IMG/VR virus record: IMGVR_UViG_3300031784_000011
Location: 1 to 64,000 of that record
DNA length: 64,000 bases
Reading direction: 5' to 3' (one strand)
Source: a virus
Lineage: Duplodnaviria; Heunggongvirae; Uroviricota; Caudoviricetes
The position numbers and the translations under genes were made by a program. The notes under the pieces are model-generated. The model ran no database searches and was not told where the DNA came from. It saw only the letters and a list, made by a program, of their open reading frames with translations. Positions 9,317 to 19,002 of this stretch are shown here, piece after piece. Numbering within the stretch: the first letter of the stretch is position 1; every line of letters starts with the position of its first letter.

Positions 9317-9795
9317 TAGTGTAAATTATATTTTTCTTTTAATATTTTGATTGTTTCTTCCGCGGAAGTATGAAGAATACCTTCACCACCGTTTTCATTC
9401 CAACCGTCTATAGTATCTTTCCTATCGTCGATTAATATTGTGTATGGAGCCGCGAAATCTTTTTTATGTTTAGCACTTCTTAATATTAAAGCAACACCGG
9501 GTAACTCCCTGTTTACCCATTCCATTTTCCCAATACGGGATTCAACTTGTCTTGATGGTGCAGATAAAAGGGTTGGATTATACTTGGAAATGTGTTCCCA
9601 CAAAATGTGACCGTCAGGTTCAATCCATTTCAAATTGACCCAAAAATCATATCCCGCCTTTTCTATTGGTGCCCAAAATTGTGAGTCGTTACGATGTTCG
9701 TCTTTGTTCAAATCAATACCAGTAAGGTCTTTATAACCTTGGTTGAAATCTATTAAGACCCCATCTAAATCACAAAAAATAGTATACTTTGTCAT
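9316..9795 (-). CDS. 5'(3')-deoxyribonucleotidase-like HAD phosphatase
   Basis: N-terminal IFCDLDGVLIDF (HAD motif I, DxDGV) and overall NT5C-like length. Confidence 0.65.
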   Translation of the reverse strand: MTKYTIFCDLDGVLIDFNQGYKDLTGIDLNKDEHRNDSQFWAPIEKAGYDFWVNLKWIEPDGHILWEHISKYNPTLLSAPSRQVESRIGKMEWVNRELPGVALILRSAKHKKDFAAPYTILIDDRKDTIDGWNENGGEGILHTSAEETIKILKEKYNLH

Positions 9796-9859
9796 TTGAA
9801 ATACTTCTATGACAAGTATAAGAATAAATTTTTAAAATAAAAAATTTTAAAGAGTAATT

Positions 9860-10198
9860 TTAATAATCATCATTGTCAGAATCCTCAACAAAATCATTGT
9901 AGTAGGTGTCTTCCTCTTCTTCTGTGAGTTCTTCCCCCTCGAATTCATCTATCTCCAATTCAGCGTACAAGGCCTCGTAGACCATATCTTCTGTTAACCA
10001 AGTTGGTAATTCATCAACTTCGTTGTTTGGTTCATATGATTTAATATCAACCTCATTGTTATCCATAAATAAATTATCATCTTCATCTGAATCATCTTTA
10101 TTTATGTATTCATAGGTTACGAATAATTCAAATTCCTCGTCAGTGTCTGGATGAAAAACAGTAATTACTCGAGTATTTAATCCTTTTTTGTTTGCCAT
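9860..10198 (-). CDS. highly acidic protein
   Basis: 112 aa, very rich in D/E (EEEEDTYYNDFVEDSDNDDY). Confidence 0.5.
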   Translation of the reverse strand: MANKKGLNTRVITVFHPDTDEEFELFVTYEYINKDDSDEDDNLFMDNNEVDIKSYEPNNEVDELPTWLTEDMVYEALYAELEIDEFEGEELTEEEEDTYYNDFVEDSDNDDY

Positions 10199-10224
10199 TT
10201 TAATTATGAAATATTTATTATTAT

Positions 10225-10725
10225 ATGTTTAAGTATATATCTGAAATATTATCAAAATTCACACAGAGACAAAGAATTGTTGCTCTGTCAATTTTGTTAT
10301 TTTCAATTATAATTATCTCGGTTGGACCCAAAATCACTGAGTCTTTAACATATAATGACGAAGAACTGAAATTAAGGATAGAATCCCAAAACAATCAGAT
10401 TGTACAACTAAACAATAGAATTGATGAGTTAAACAACCAAGTAATAGAAAATCAAAGAGAGTGTACCAATGAAATGGTTAAAAGGGAAAATGAGATATTA
10501 ACTATTATAAGTGATATTGAAAACTATACCAATAAAATGAAAAACGAGACAAGAGTAGTAAACTCAATGTCTCGTAAAACCTATAATATTAATGATGATA
10601 GTTCCGTAAGAGTGATGGCGATGCTTCCTGAATCATCTAACACCACCACTATTATTAATAATAAAAGGGATGAGAAATTAATTGGGATGATAAGGAACTT
10701 GAAGAAAAAAGTTAAGGACCAATAA
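10225..10725 (+). CDS. membrane-anchored coiled-coil protein
   Basis: N-terminal TM helix (ALSILLFSIIIISV) followed by heptad-like coiled-coil sequence. One of only two isolated plus-strand genes in the left arm. Confidence 0.5.
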   Translation: MFKYISEILSKFTQRQRIVALSILLFSIIIISVGPKITESLTYNDEELKLRIESQNNQIVQLNNRIDELNNQVIENQRECTNEMVKRENEILTIISDIENYTNKMKNETRVVNSMSRKTYNINDDSSVRVMAMLPESSNTTTIINNKRDEKLIGMIRNLKKKVKDQ

Positions 10726-10726
10726 T

Positions 10727-10960
10727 TTACTTGGTTGCAATTATTTCACCGGTTTCAACATCAGTTACGTATATTTTTCCATCGTCACCTTTACCAATAG
10801 CCACAGTTCTTTTTAATTCTTGTTCATCTTCGTACTCCTGAGCACCTGGTAATTCCTCGGGCTGTGCTTGAGTATCGAAATCATCAAACTCAGCTTCGTT
10901 GATTGTTCTTTTTACAATATTTTCTAAATCTTTGATTGATAATTTAACTACTTTTTTCAT
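10727..10960 (-). CDS. small acidic hypothetical protein
   Basis: 77-aa acidic ORF. Confidence 0.45.
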   Translation of the reverse strand: MKKVVKLSIKDLENIVKRTINEAEFDDFDTQAQPEELPGAQEYEDEQELKRTVAIGKGDDGKIYVTDVETGEIIATK

Positions 10961-10989
10961 TTTTTCTTTTATCTATAAATATCGTATGT

Positions 10990-11023
10990 AAACAAAAAAC
11001 CCCTCTTTCGAGGGGTTCTTTTT
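10990..11023 (-). terminator. intrinsic terminator (hairpin also usable on plus strand)
   Basis: cccctc-tttc-gagggg hairpin at 11000-11015, flanked by an A-run (10994-10999) and ttcttttt (11016-11023). Downstream of 11022..11873. Confidence 0.6.
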
Positions 11024-11873
11024 ATTTAATACCTATCATCGTATTATTTTTGTCACCTAACATGGTTTCGGGTAACTTCCCATTCCATTTATTAATCCAT
11101 TCAAGTTGTAGGAGTAAAGGTGTAATTGTTTGTTGTTTCATCCGATTGGCTTCGGATTCCGCTTTAGCCGCGGTCAACATTGCTTGAGCATTACCATTGG
11201 CGGTTGCAATTTTAATCTTGGCTTGAGCTTCCGCAGTTTTTACCTCATTTTCCGCCCTTAACGCTGCTTGGACCGCATTGTTCTTGGCTTCAATGGACTT
11301 CTTAAATGTCTCAGGGTAAATCAAATTTGAGGTGAATTGGTTTATCACAAACCCTTCTTTTAAAAGTTGACTTTCCAATAGTTTACGAACCTCAACTTCA
11401 AACACCGCCCTATTCGAGATTAGTTCATCAGCAGTGTACTTATTTGTTGCTAAACGAAACGCGTCATATACTGCGGTCTTTAAAAATCCCTCCTCAATTT
11501 CAGGTAATGACCTACGATACTTTGAAAATATTGTGGGTACTTTTTCTCTTTGAACCGAATAGTTCATAATTGGGGATACTTGAAACTCAGAACCGTCTTT
11601 TGAGTTTACAACAAATGAATTATCAGATTCCTCAGTTTTCTTATACTCTTTGTGTTGAATATAGGTTGGGAATTCATAAATCTTTGTTGTGAAGGGGTTG
11701 TAGAATACCATACCTGTACATTCGGTGACATCATCAACACCCTTTCCATCACCATATAGATTTACTTTTACACCGACGTGACCGGCGTCAATTCTCTCAC
11801 AAGAGAAAAACAATAAGGTTAGGATAATGAATCCTAAAATTCCGAAAATTAATCGTTTCAAAAATGGTTCCAT
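11022..11873 (-). CDS. SPFH/band-7 (stomatin/prohibitin-like) membrane protein
   Basis: N-terminal TM. SPFH core. C-terminal Ala/Gln-rich coiled coil AEAQAKIKIATANGNAQAMLTAAKAESEA. Confidence 0.7.
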   Translation of the reverse strand: MEPFLKRLIFGILGFIILTLLFFSCERIDAGHVGVKVNLYGDGKGVDDVTECTGMVFYNPFTTKIYEFPTYIQHKEYKKTEESDNSFVVNSKDGSEFQVSPIMNYSVQREKVPTIFSKYRRSLPEIEEGFLKTAVYDAFRLATNKYTADELISNRAVFEVEVRKLLESQLLKEGFVINQFTSNLIYPETFKKSIEAKNNAVQAALRAENEVKTAEAQAKIKIATANGNAQAMLTAAKAESEANRMKQQTITPLLLQLEWINKWNGKLPETMLGDKNNTMIGIK

Positions 11874-11876
11874 AAT

Positions 11877-12221
11877 TTATTTAGTTTGTTTTTTAATTTT
11901 AATTGTTGTTTTAGATTTTCTTTCTTTTTTGGTAACTTTCTTTGGATTATAATCCAATTCCGTCTCAGGTGTTTTATTTGGGTCCGGTGTGAAGAGTTCA
12001 AAAGGTTCATCATTAAAGTACATAAACCTAATATAAAAAACCGCAAACATTGCCGTACCCACCGAAAAAATCGCTGAGATTATGTTGATTATCGTATTTG
12101 CAACGGTTAATCCAGGAAAGATTAAAAATTGATAAGAAATTCCAATGAAGAAAAATACCAAAAAGGTAATCGTTGTTTTGGATTTTATAATATTGGTGAA
12201 GATTTTGTTTAACATGTTCAT
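11877..12221 (-). CDS. membrane protein with basic C-terminal tail
   Basis: Two to three TM helices, then a K-rich tail. Overlaps and is co-oriented with the SPFH gene. Confidence 0.5.
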   Translation of the reverse strand: MNMLNKIFTNIIKSKTTITFLVFFFIGISYQFLIFPGLTVANTIINIISAIFSVGTAMFAVFYIRFMYFNDEPFELFTPDPNKTPETELDYNPKKVTKKERKSKTTIKIKKQTK

Positions 12222-12259
12222 TAATTAAATTATATGAAATATTTTTTAAAGTAAAAAAT

Positions 12260-12931
12260 TTAACCTACAACATTTTTCATGTCGTCATTGTGATGGTCTA
12301 TATCCCCCAATTCAGAACCAATCGGAACCTTCAACATTGGATTTAAAACCTCATGTACAAAGTCATATGGTCTGAACTCAGGGTGTCCATCCATACCAAC
12401 ATCCATTCTTCTCCCACCACTAACTTTTAAGTGGTTAGGTAAATGACAGTGTCCGTGTAAATGGATTCTACCCTTTCTCAGATTGTTCCACGAACTGATA
12501 GGATAATGTAACATCTCGAATGAATGCCCTTGGTATTCAAGTCTATTGTAATGACTTACACTGGTAAATAAACTCTGACAATTCTCACGGTTTCTTTCAA
12601 TGTGATGGTCATGGTTACCCAATAGGATGTGAATCTCTTGACAAACGATTCTATGTCTGAATTCCGCTATATTATCAAACCCACCGAATGACCAATCACC
12701 CAAGTGAATCAAAACATCATCCTGTCCAACAACCTCATTGATGTTGTTTACAATCGCGGCGTTCATCTTATCAAGAGTTGCGAAGTCTCTCGTTTGATTA
12801 ACGGGAATACTACCGTCAGGCATTCTCCAATTAGTAATTCCTCTACATATATTAGTATGTGAGTAATGCGTGTCAGACGTTATCCAAACTTTTCTATTGT
12901 TATCTATTCTTAACATATTAACTAAAATCAA
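12260..12931 (-). CDS. calcineurin-like metallophosphoesterase
   Basis: Motifs DTHYSH, GDWSFGG, GNHDHH, HGHCH are the MPP-superfamily metal ligands. Confidence 0.65.
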   Translation of the reverse strand: MILVNMLRIDNNRKVWITSDTHYSHTNICRGITNWRMPDGSIPVNQTRDFATLDKMNAAIVNNINEVVGQDDVLIHLGDWSFGGFDNIAEFRHRIVCQEIHILLGNHDHHIERNRENCQSLFTSVSHYNRLEYQGHSFEMLHYPISSWNNLRKGRIHLHGHCHLPNHLKVSGGRRMDVGMDGHPEFRPYDFVHEVLNPMLKVPIGSELGDIDHHNDDMKNVVG

Positions 12932-13424
12932 CTGATGTACTCACACGAAGTCCATCGATTATTAAATCATCATATTTTTCGTTGTCCATCCAAAACATTC
13001 CGTGGCCTTTCGACCTTTGGTCTCTCCTGTATTCTTCATTTACAACCCAACCATCTGGTTGACCCCACTCAAGAGCCATGGTGATAAACTCTTCAACATT
13101 CCATTCTTCACCATATTCATCCACAATTCTTCCTGAACGAATAAATGAAAGTAGTTCTTCTTTATTTGAATAATGTTTATTATTATGAAAATTCCAACAA
13201 AACTTCCACCCACCACTTCTTTTACCTAAATGAATTGATGTACCATCTCTGAATATGTCCCAAGGGCTAACTATCTCCCAAGATTCTTTAAATGGGTCAA
13301 TAAAGGGAAATCCACGTTCAATATCACTAGGTGACATTGTCATCTTTTCTATATCTCTTTGGAGACGTGATTTACGTGACTCCATTTCCTCTGCGGTCGG
13401 TATACGATAATAATTTGTACCCAT
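12918..13424 (-). CDS. hypothetical protein (start moved to first in-frame ATG)
   Basis: The ORF track begins at a TTG (13443-13445). The first ATG (13422-13424) is preceded by an exact TTG-N20-TATATTTG element. Confidence 0.5.
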   Translation of the reverse strand: MGTNYYRIPTAEEMESRKSRLQRDIEKMTMSPSDIERGFPFIDPFKESWEIVSPWDIFRDGTSIHLGKRSGGWKFCWNFHNNKHYSNKEELLSFIRSGRIVDEYGEEWNVEEFITMALEWGQPDGWVVNEEYRRDQRSKGHGMFWMDNEKYDDLIIDGLRVSTSVDFS

Positions 13425-13442
13425 TTTAAAATTAATATGGGC

Positions 13443-13473
13443 CAAATATATGAAATAATTTTGGATATACCAA
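13443..13473 (-). promoter_or_regulatory. host sigma-A-type promoter candidate (TTG-N20-TATATTTG)
   Basis: Minus-strand TTG at 13471-13473, a 20-nt spacer, TATATTTG at 13443-13450. Confidence 0.5.
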
Positions 13474-13480
13474 AATATTG

Positions 13481-13510
13481 CAAAAAAAAATCCCGATTTC
13501 TCGGGATTTA
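13481..13510 (-). terminator. intrinsic terminator
   Basis: Hairpin atcccga-tttc-tcgggat at 13490-13507, with a 9-nt T-run on minus (A-run 13482-13490). Downstream of 13524..14717. Confidence 0.6.
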
Positions 13511-13523
13511 ATTTGGTTTTAAT

Positions 13524-14717
13524 TTATTTGACCACTTTTTGAACTATTCGACTCACCAATTTATTTTTTATTGATTCGTTAAGTTCATTTTGGTTTGGAC
13601 CCCCAACTTGGTATCTTTTTACTGTTGCGCTTTTAAGATTGTCTTTTGGATTTAATGATAAAATCTGTGTTTTTAAATCATTAATAACTTCCATTAACGC
13701 ATCCACAACTTGTTTATCGTTCATTACCGTATAATTATCATTGAATGTTGTTCCAGGTCTAAGTTGTGCGGTTGCAGATGATTGAATTAATTTATCATCG
13801 AGAAACCCACCTTTTAATCCACTTTCGCTTTCAAGTTTTTTACCTAACTTGGTTTGAGCTCTAGCGGTCCACGCAAAACTATTTTCACCAATTAATTCTC
13901 CTTTAAGTTCAAAATCCATTCTAACTGTAACGTCTATGTTTTTTTCCTCAAGACCATATGCGTCTAACATATATTTTGGTGTTTTACCAGCATATTGTTT
14001 CAACATTTTTTTGTCTGCTCTCCAGTTATTGTAATTTTTATTGTACTGACGAGCCATATAAAATGTTTTCATTTCATCAGTATCTTTACCCTGAACTCGA
14101 GCCACTGCCGATAATAAAAAATCCCTTACTGTTGGGTAAGCATTATAGTTATGTGTTGAGTATTCAATTAATTGATTTGTAAATTTACCATATTGGTCGA
14201 CATTCTTTCTATCTCTAGCAACCACAGCAGGAATACTTCTTTTGTTAAGTTCTTGAACAAACGATTCGTCTTCAAAAGTATTTGCAATGATTGTGAATAG
14301 TCTTCTCTTAATTGTTTCTTGTTCTTTATATGTGTCACCTGTGGGTTTATATCCACCCTCAACATATTTTTCAATAGGTCTATGGTACTTTCCTCTCTTA
14401 CAAGCGGCTAATTGTGGTTCTAAATTGTGGAGTTCTTTGATTTTTTCTAAGAATTCTTTGTTTGCATTTTTAAACGCTTCAAGTTCCTGACAATCTAATG
14501 GTACCACTAATATCTCACCACCCTCTTGTAAGGTGGGGTTTGCAATCCAATAATCAGGGATATCTGTGTCATTATCTTCTTTGAAGAAAGGTTTATATTT
14601 TACTAGTTTACCTTTGTCATCCCTGACACCCTTTTGTTTGTATGCCATTTCCTCCACATCAGAGATATAAGATTCAGAAATGATACGTCTTAAATATTTT
14701 TCGGTTAATTTATCCAT
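13524..14717 (-). CDS. hypothetical protein
   Basis: 397-aa ORF. Confidence 0.5.
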   Translation of the reverse strand: MDKLTEKYLRRIISESYISDVEEMAYKQKGVRDDKGKLVKYKPFFKEDNDTDIPDYWIANPTLQEGGEILVVPLDCQELEAFKNANKEFLEKIKELHNLEPQLAACKRGKYHRPIEKYVEGGYKPTGDTYKEQETIKRRLFTIIANTFEDESFVQELNKRSIPAVVARDRKNVDQYGKFTNQLIEYSTHNYNAYPTVRDFLLSAVARVQGKDTDEMKTFYMARQYNKNYNNWRADKKMLKQYAGKTPKYMLDAYGLEEKNIDVTVRMDFELKGELIGENSFAWTARAQTKLGKKLESESGLKGGFLDDKLIQSSATAQLRPGTTFNDNYTVMNDKQVVDALMEVINDLKTQILSLNPKDNLKSATVKRYQVGGPNQNELNESIKNKLVSRIVQKVVK

Positions 14718-14760
14718 AGAAATAATTCTTTACATATAAATACAACCAAAAACAGAATTG

Positions 14761-14985
14761 TTAATACTTATCGGACAATCTTCTGACTTTTTCACCCAAT
14801 TCCATATCGTTTGGTGTATCCCTAATTAAATCAATTGGAACACATAAGTTTTTAGTCTCATCGGAACGATTACATTTCTCACACAATTGACCTAATCCCT
14901 CAACGTAACCGTATCTCAAATCAATATGAGTTTCAAATTCATATGGTGTCTCAACACCACAAATTACACAGGTATCTTTTGCCAT
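14761..14985 (-). CDS. small zinc-ribbon protein
   Basis: CVICG...CEKCN CxxC pairs. Confidence 0.45.
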   Translation of the reverse strand: MAKDTCVICGVETPYEFETHIDLRYGYVEGLGQLCEKCNRSDETKNLCVPIDLIRDTPNDMELGEKVRRLSDKY

Positions 14986-15040
14986 AACTTTTTGTTTTAT
15001 GAAAAGATATGAAAGAAAAAGAAAAAGTAAAATTAATTTT

Positions 15041-16369
15041 TTACGCTAAAGATTTGATTTTTGGACTGGCACCTCTTTCGTAACCATCTACAACTTTGGC
15101 AACCAAAGTACCAGTACCCCAAGTCTTAAGTGATTCACACTTAGCAATTTCCGCAGCACCAATATCATTTACCAAACCATCAACAATACAAGTATAAAGA
15201 CCATTTCTCAATGTTTTGATGGTTGCTTTCATACCGTCTTCTAAAGATTTGTAATTTTTAACACCAACACTATTTGCGTTAGTGGAACCCGGTAAATCCC
15301 ATGTGGTATTAAATGGATTATATTTTCCACCCGAACCTTCTGACTGTCTCCAAGCGTATAAGAATTTTAAGTTTTCCTCACTTTCGGGTGCACCTAAATT
15401 TTCAAGTAGTTTTTTATAAAAATTGATGTCCGTTAAACCGTCAACATTGATTTGTGAATTTTTAGCCGCTTGGTCAAGGTATTGTTTTAACTCTTCGGAT
15501 TTAACACCTTTAGCTTTTAATAATTCCAATAACTTATTTAACATTTCAGGTGTGGCATTTTCAGAAGTACCACTACTAGAAGATGATTTACCACCATATT
15601 GTAAATGAAAATGACCACCAGTTGCGGCTTTGGTTGGATTGGTGTATTCATCTATGTATGAAAAATTACCATCACTACTTTTTGTTGAGTTGAGTAATTT
15701 TATAAAATCGGAAGCGTTTTTTGAATTATATGGATTTAAAACCAAATCAATTGCATTTCCTTTGGTGTGTTGACTTACGTAATTTAAATTATGGTGGAAT
15801 TTATCGTTACCTGCGGTTATGGTAACCTCAACATCAGGATTACTTTGACTGTACTTGTCAAGAATTTGACTAACAATATCTGTGAGTTTGTCATTAATAG
15901 AACCACCACTGGTTAACTCATTACCTTTTTCGGTGTAACCTAAATCATCTAATTTATCTCTTAATGAATCGGCACTTTCTTTGATTACAGAATTATCTGA
16001 TTTGAATTTTCTAACAGCACTTGCGGTTTCAGGACCAAATAAACCATCAACACCAAATTTAGGTAACTCATAACCCAAGAGTATTAAACCAATTTGCATA
16101 GTTTCGACACCTTTTTGATATTCCATAGAACCTCTTGGTTGTTCTGATAACCCACCCTGAGCTGCGGTATCTTCTAATGTCTTATAAAATTCTGCAACGT
16201 CAGGTGAAACTAAGTCCGCCTTTTTGGGGTCGTCTATTTTTTTTTCGTCTTTTTTACCTAACCCAATTTTACCCAATAAATCATCGATAAAATTTTCATT
16301 TACCATTGATTTACCGTAGGTAATTTCATGGATTCGTTGTAATTCTTCTTGTAGTGTGGGTTTTTTCAT
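15041..16369 (-). CDS. cell-wall hydrolase: peptidoglycan-binding domain plus M15-type (VanY/L-Ala-D-Glu peptidase-like) zinc peptidase
   Basis: GVDGLFGPETASAVRKFK is a PG_binding_1 motif. SQHTKGNAIDL and GGHFHLQ match the H...D / HxH zinc ligands of peptidase M15. Confidence 0.55.
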   Translation of the reverse strand: MKKPTLQEELQRIHEITYGKSMVNENFIDDLLGKIGLGKKDEKKIDDPKKADLVSPDVAEFYKTLEDTAAQGGLSEQPRGSMEYQKGVETMQIGLILLGYELPKFGVDGLFGPETASAVRKFKSDNSVIKESADSLRDKLDDLGYTEKGNELTSGGSINDKLTDIVSQILDKYSQSNPDVEVTITAGNDKFHHNLNYVSQHTKGNAIDLVLNPYNSKNASDFIKLLNSTKSSDGNFSYIDEYTNPTKAATGGHFHLQYGGKSSSSSGTSENATPEMLNKLLELLKAKGVKSEELKQYLDQAAKNSQINVDGLTDINFYKKLLENLGAPESEENLKFLYAWRQSEGSGGKYNPFNTTWDLPGSTNANSVGVKNYKSLEDGMKATIKTLRNGLYTCIVDGLVNDIGAAEIAKCESLKTWGTGTLVAKVVDGYERGASPKIKSLA

Positions 16370-16420
16370 TAAAACAATTCTATACTTAAATAAATATCCC
16401 TACGTTTAGAAACGGTGTAA

Positions 16421-16993
16421 TTAAGTAAGGTAATCGATAATCTTTTGTTTTATACCAGATTGTTTGATACCTAAAGTAGATGATGGAGTTAATACAAAAT
16501 TATCTAAACCCCAATCTTTCCAGTCCTCTCCATTTTTACCCATATCCAAATCATCAACAGAAACCCAATGAGTAACTTCAGGGTGGTCGTGTAAAAATTG
16601 TTTAATCTCGATAACGCGAGTCATCTCCAAATCCCATCTCGGTGACCAAACCCATACTTTATCATTATACCAATTACACTGACCTAAATTAGGTGTGAGA
16701 GCGATTGGTTTTTTAGAGATACCTTTTGATTCGTAGTATTCACCCATTTCTTCGAGATTTGCCCACCTCTTCCAATCAGATGACGTTACAATTTCCGCAC
16801 CTGTTTTTTCGATGATTTGGTTTAATACCTTAACCGCTTTTTGATTGAAATTATCAAATCGGTATTCTAGTGGCATTTCTGATGTTGTCATAGATAATTT
16901 ACGACCACCCCATTTTTCTTGTTTCTTGAATCGACCACCCCATTCTGACGACAAACAAATTACACCGTCGTGGTCTAAAAATATAACTTTCAT
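16421..16993 (-). CDS. HAD-like hydrolase
   Basis: N-terminal VIFLDHDGVI (DxDG motif I). Confidence 0.45.
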   Translation of the reverse strand: MKVIFLDHDGVICLSSEWGGRFKKQEKWGGRKLSMTTSEMPLEYRFDNFNQKAVKVLNQIIEKTGAEIVTSSDWKRWANLEEMGEYYESKGISKKPIALTPNLGQCNWYNDKVWVWSPRWDLEMTRVIEIKQFLHDHPEVTHWVSVDDLDMGKNGEDWKDWGLDNFVLTPSSTLGIKQSGIKQKIIDYLT

Positions 16994-17676
16994 TTATTGA
17001 ATCTTTTAAATATTTTAATAAAGTCTGACGAATATTTTTCATAGACAGAATCTTTCCATTCATGATGTTTACCTGTTGACATGTATGCTTGAATCTCGTC
17101 ATCAATAATCGTTTTGTCGTCAGAATATCCACCTTTAATTAAAACTTTTTTCAAATGTTCATAATCTCTATGATTAATATCTCCAATTAAATAATCGACC
17201 TCAACTTTGTATTGTGGGTTTGTATAATAAAATCCGTGAGCTATTTCATGATTCATTACACCACTTTTTACTTTATCAGCGCCGATAAGATACCAAGAAT
17301 GTTGTTCACCACGATTCTTTATTCTACACTCTCTTTCACAGTATTCAATAATTTCATACATAGTATAATCATATTGGGTTCGAGGTAAACCAAACGTATT
17401 TTTTGCCTCTAAAAGAACTTTCGAGGGTATATTATAACCAGTCCAATCGCTTGGATACGTAAAATGAGGTTTTTTATTTGTATCAATGTACAACTTCATG
17501 TATTGTTCTAAAGTGAAAAACTTACCTCTAATCTGTGGGTATGGAGATTCGTAAAATTCTTGGTATCTACAAAACAAGCTAGACCTATCATATTGGTTTT
17601 TAACGATAACAGCAAATATGAAAGGTTTTATTTCTCTCACTTCACCTTCAATTAATGAATTTGAAATACGCATCAT
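16990..17676 (-). CDS. hypothetical protein with HExxH motif (putative zinc metallopeptidase)
   Basis: MNHEIAHGFYY contains HEIAH. Confidence 0.4.
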   Translation of the reverse strand: MMRISNSLIEGEVREIKPFIFAVIVKNQYDRSSLFCRYQEFYESPYPQIRGKFFTLEQYMKLYIDTNKKPHFTYPSDWTGYNIPSKVLLEAKNTFGLPRTQYDYTMYEIIEYCERECRIKNRGEQHSWYLIGADKVKSGVMNHEIAHGFYYTNPQYKVEVDYLIGDINHRDYEHLKKVLIKGGYSDDKTIIDDEIQAYMSTGKHHEWKDSVYEKYSSDFIKIFKRFNK

Positions 17677-17722
17677 TTTAAGATTTTTTAGTAAATATAA
17701 CTATTTTTTTTCAAATTATCAC

Positions 17723-17730
17723 TATATTTG
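17723..17730 (+). promoter_or_regulatory. TATATTTG -7-like element, leaderless
   Basis: Plus-strand TATATTTG, then 4 nt, then the GTG start of 17735..18202. The 17677-17734 region also carries a TATATTTA on the minus strand for 16990..17676 (divergent promoters). Confidence 0.4.
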
Positions 17731-17734
17731 ACTT

Positions 17735-18202
17735 GTGAATATATTCTTTCTTGATAAAGATGTAAAAAAATGTGCCGAATATCATTGCGACAAACACGTT
17801 GTGAAAATGATATTGGAAACTGCACAACTTTTGTGTGGGGCTCATCACATGACCGAACAAGTAACCGGTCAAGTACCGTACAAGTTGTCACATAAAAATC
17901 ACCCGTGTTCAATATGGGTAAGAGAATCCTTGACAAACTATCTAATACTCTGTGAATTGGGTTTAGAACTTTGTAAAGAGTACACTTACCGTTATGGTAA
18001 ACGTCATAAATCTCAAGAAGTTATTGAGTGGTGTGTCACAAATAAATTAAAAATTTGTGACAAAGGTTTGACTACACCACCAAAAGCAATGCCAATAGAG
18101 TATAAAACAGATTGTGTGATTGAATCTTACAGAAACTACTACAGGGGTGCAAAATCAAAATTCACAACATGGAAAAATAGAGATGTACCTCCTTGGTTTT
18201 AG
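17735..18202 (+). CDS. conserved hypothetical protein
   Basis: GTG start in the ORF track. N-terminus NIFFLDKDVKKCAEYHCDKHVVKMILETAQLL looks like a conserved phage family that I cannot name. Confidence 0.45.
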   Translation: MNIFFLDKDVKKCAEYHCDKHVVKMILETAQLLCGAHHMTEQVTGQVPYKLSHKNHPCSIWVRESLTNYLILCELGLELCKEYTYRYGKRHKSQEVIEWCVTNKLKICDKGLTTPPKAMPIEYKTDCVIESYRNYYRGAKSKFTTWKNRDVPPWF

Positions 18203-18345
18203 TAGAAATTTTGTTCGGTATGTTGTTTATTATCGTCCCAAGTATAATCATTATCTGATTCATAATTCTCCTGAATTATTTCATCATTTACAATTGGGTT
18301 ATCTTCTTTAATGACCTGATTATTAATTTCTTTTGGACTTTTCAT
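18199..18345 (-). CDS. small acidic hypothetical protein (start trimmed to internal ATG)
   Basis: Track ORF 18199..18399 overlaps the next gene by 43 nt. The internal ATG at 18343-18345 removes the overlap. Confidence 0.3.
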   Translation of the reverse strand: MKSPKEINNQVIKEDNPIVNDEIIQENYESDNDYTWDDNKQHTEQNFY

Positions 18346-18356
18346 GAAAATAAATA

Positions 18357-18731
18357 TTAAGGTCCGACAAAATATTTTGACCTCCAAAATTGATACCATT
18401 TTCTCTTTTGGATTGGTTTACATTTTGAGAACGGATTGTCCCCAAAATTTACTCTTCCTTGATATCTTGAAGATAAAACATTTAAAAATATTTCATGGTA
18501 TTCAGGTGGTATAGTATTAAAGTCTGCCTTTATTTCAACTCGTAAAGAAACTGGTCCCTCATCGTGTTGAACTACCAAATAATCATTTAGGGTGATTATT
18601 GTTGATTTTCTAATATTAATCCATTCACCACTAATACCAATATCCTGATTGTTTTCATTTGATGGGTCAACAACTATCATCTCTTCTTCTTTTTGTGGTT
18701 CGACTTTTTGTTTTGTCTTATTCTGTCTCAT
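18357..18731 (-). CDS. hypothetical protein (start trimmed)
   Basis: Track ORF 18357..18824 overlaps 18718..18990 by about 107 nt. The internal Met (MRQNKTKQ) gives a 14-nt overlap. Confidence 0.4.
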   Translation of the reverse strand: MRQNKTKQKVEPQKEEEMIVVDPSNENNQDIGISGEWINIRKSTIITLNDYLVVQHDEGPVSLRVEIKADFNTIPPEYHEIFLNVLSSRYQGRVNFGDNPFSKCKPIQKRKWYQFWRSKYFVGP

Positions 18732-18990
18732 TTGATAATATGTGGTCAAATTCTTCGGCAGCTTTTGGGTTTCTTTCATAGAACATATCATACGCCATCG
18801 CGAACCTATTATATTCAGTTTCAAATAAAAATAGATAGGTTTGTAAACTATCCATTTCCTGTTTGGTTCTTGATAGTTCCGTTTTTAATTTATTTTCTCT
18901 ATGTATGGATTTTTGGAGAAGAATACCCATAGAGATGGCAAACAACATGGTGAGTACCAAATAAAATTTGATATCTTGAATGAATTTCAT
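18718..18990 (-). CDS. small membrane protein
   Basis: N-terminal TM FYLVLTMLFAISMGILL, then a coiled-coil tail. Confidence 0.45.
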   Translation of the reverse strand: MKFIQDIKFYLVLTMLFAISMGILLQKSIHRENKLKTELSRTKQEMDSLQTYLFLFETEYNRFAMAYDMFYERNPKAAEEFDHILSNETE

Positions 18991-19002
18991 GGTTAATACA
19001 AT

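Noticed and set aside
11858-12077. ORFs 11858..12046 (-) and 11886..12077 (+), and similar nested ORFs (16899..17132, 18899..19093, 14168..14374, 23919..24176, 33544..33762, 34009..34263, 34773..34970, 40174..40491)
   Set aside because: They are nested in alternative frames of longer genes with recognisable domains or better context.
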